Shown piece after piece: positions 62,695 to 64,000 of a stretch of DNA of 64,000 nt. Both the position numbers and the translations under genes were made by a program. This DNA comes from Mustelus asterias. Taxonomy: Eukaryota. The notes below the pieces were generated by a model that was not told the origin of the DNA, searched no databases, and saw only the letters and a list, made by a program, of their open reading frames with translations. How positions within the stretch are numbered: the stretch's first letter is position 1; each line of letters opens with the position of its first letter. The stretch covers positions 186,001 to 250,000 of the forward strand of contig NW_027590185.1 in the NCBI RefSeq assembly GCF_964213995.1, in the 5' to 3' direction.

Positions 62695-64000
62695 TCTTAT
62701 TGGGGGTGTTGGGGTCTCCAGCGGGTGTTTGTGAATCCTCCCCGCCCACCTCCCAGGGTTTCCTTCCTTCCCAGAGATCAGAGTCCTCATTGATTTGAGG
62801 CCAAAGTCTAACCTCTTATTTATTGTCCCCCTCCCCCATCCTCTGATGTGAACCATCCTCCAGTGGCTGAGCCAGGATGGGGCCGTTAACCTGGGCCTGT
62901 TCCTGGGAGGGAGGGGGGGAGAAGCCCCGCAGCTGCAAACCAGGGAGCTGACAATGATTCTGAAGGGTTTGCGGATCCACAAAGTGTTTCCAAATCCTCC
63001 CAGCCACCGCCTAACGCTGACTCCGCTTCTCCGGGACAAACAAGCGCCAAGGACAGCAATGACACTGCGCATGCTCCACATCACAATGCCCAGGGACTGA
63101 TTGACGGCGGCTCCGGACTAATAGGAAGAGGGGGCGGGGCTGGAGGACCGAGCGGGAACGGCTGGTCCTCCAACCAATCGGAGTGAATGAGGGGCGGGAC
63201 CTGAGGCATGCGCAGTGCGGGTAATGGCGACGGACGGTTTAGAAAATTGAACATCAACTATCTCCCTCTGTTAAGACCCGAGAATGAAGCCCAGCAGGAC
63301 CCGGGAATGAAGCCCAGCAGGACCCGGGAATGAAGCCCAGCAGGACCCGGGAATGAAGCCCAGCAGGACCCGAGAATGAAGCCCAGCAGGACCCGAGAAT
63401 GAAGCCCAGCAGGACCCGAGAATGAAGCCCAGCAGGACCCGAGAATGAAGGCCAGCAGGACCCGAGGACTCATCAGCCCACAGCTCCAACAGTTTGCTGA
63501 GGACCACTTCCCTGGGAATTGTGCTTTTTCAGAGTTCATCCCACACTCCTGTTTTCTGATTTCCAGCTGTTTCTGAGTTTTAACTGTATCCTCTATTGTG
63601 AACACCGAGGCAAAATACTTGTTCAATTCATCTCCCAGCTCCTTATTTTTCATCATCAATTCCTGGACTCACTTTCTATTAGACAGTTAAGAAATGAGGT
63701 CGAGCAAGTGACTGAAGTGTCAGTCAGGGAGCACTATTGGGAGCACCAATAGTTTCAAAATAGTTCTGGAAACAGATAGGACAGGTCCACAGGTCAAGGC
63801 CCTAAACTGGAGCAGGGCCACTTTTGTGGGCATGAGGCAGGATCGAGCAGATGTCGATTCGGTGAGTTTGTTTGAAAGGAAAGGAATGACTGGCAAATGG
63901 GAGGTTTTAAAAGTGTGATATCAAGAATCCAGGGGCAGTATATTCCTGTTAAGATGAAGGGAAAGAATGGCAAATTTAGGGATCTCTGGCAGACAAGGGA
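62695..64000 (-). repeat. Inverted segmental duplication of 12399-13004 joined to ~14965-15622
   Basis: Near-identical ORF-track peptides (15186+ vs 62674-; 12740+ vs 63258-); includes a copy of the ZNF-C promoter at 63000-63240. Confidence 0.92.
63276..63466. repeat. 23-bp minisatellite, 8 copies
   Basis: acccg(a/g)gaatgaagcccagcagg x8; a single unit at the paralogous site ~12938-12963. Confidence 0.95.

Overview
Eukaryotic, vertebrate sequence. The HE1/V-type SINEs, CR1 LINEs and Penelope-like elements point to a cartilaginous fish, most likely a shark (inference). The window is a tandem cluster of C2H2 zinc-finger genes with no recognisable KRAB, SCAN or BTB domain. Six ORFs are open (77-751 -, 10360-11385 -, 16242-17408 +, 25470-26144 +, 33627-34358 -, 42207-43076 +), three copies are pseudogenes (40.7, 49-50 and 54-55 kb) and one is a fragment. 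CpG-rich NRF1/YY1/CCAAT/GC-box promoters lie between them. The rest is dense in CR1 and Rex1/Babar-like LINE pieces, SINEs, solo LTRs, Penelope-like elements with minimal hammerhead ribozymes, minisatellites and local duplications. Most notable: (1) a shared, layered 5' leader in the paralogs, comprising a near-invariant 60-nt small ORF (MDLSISLNQHLQENWEGEY) and a fossil zinc-finger region carrying a position-conserved uORF before the internal MEKPWKC start; (2) a mirror-image promoter cassette present twice; (3) an inverted duplication that exposes an empty insertion site and the birth of a minisatellite. All alignments were made by eye, and repeat boundaries are approximate unless a target-site duplication (TSD) is given.
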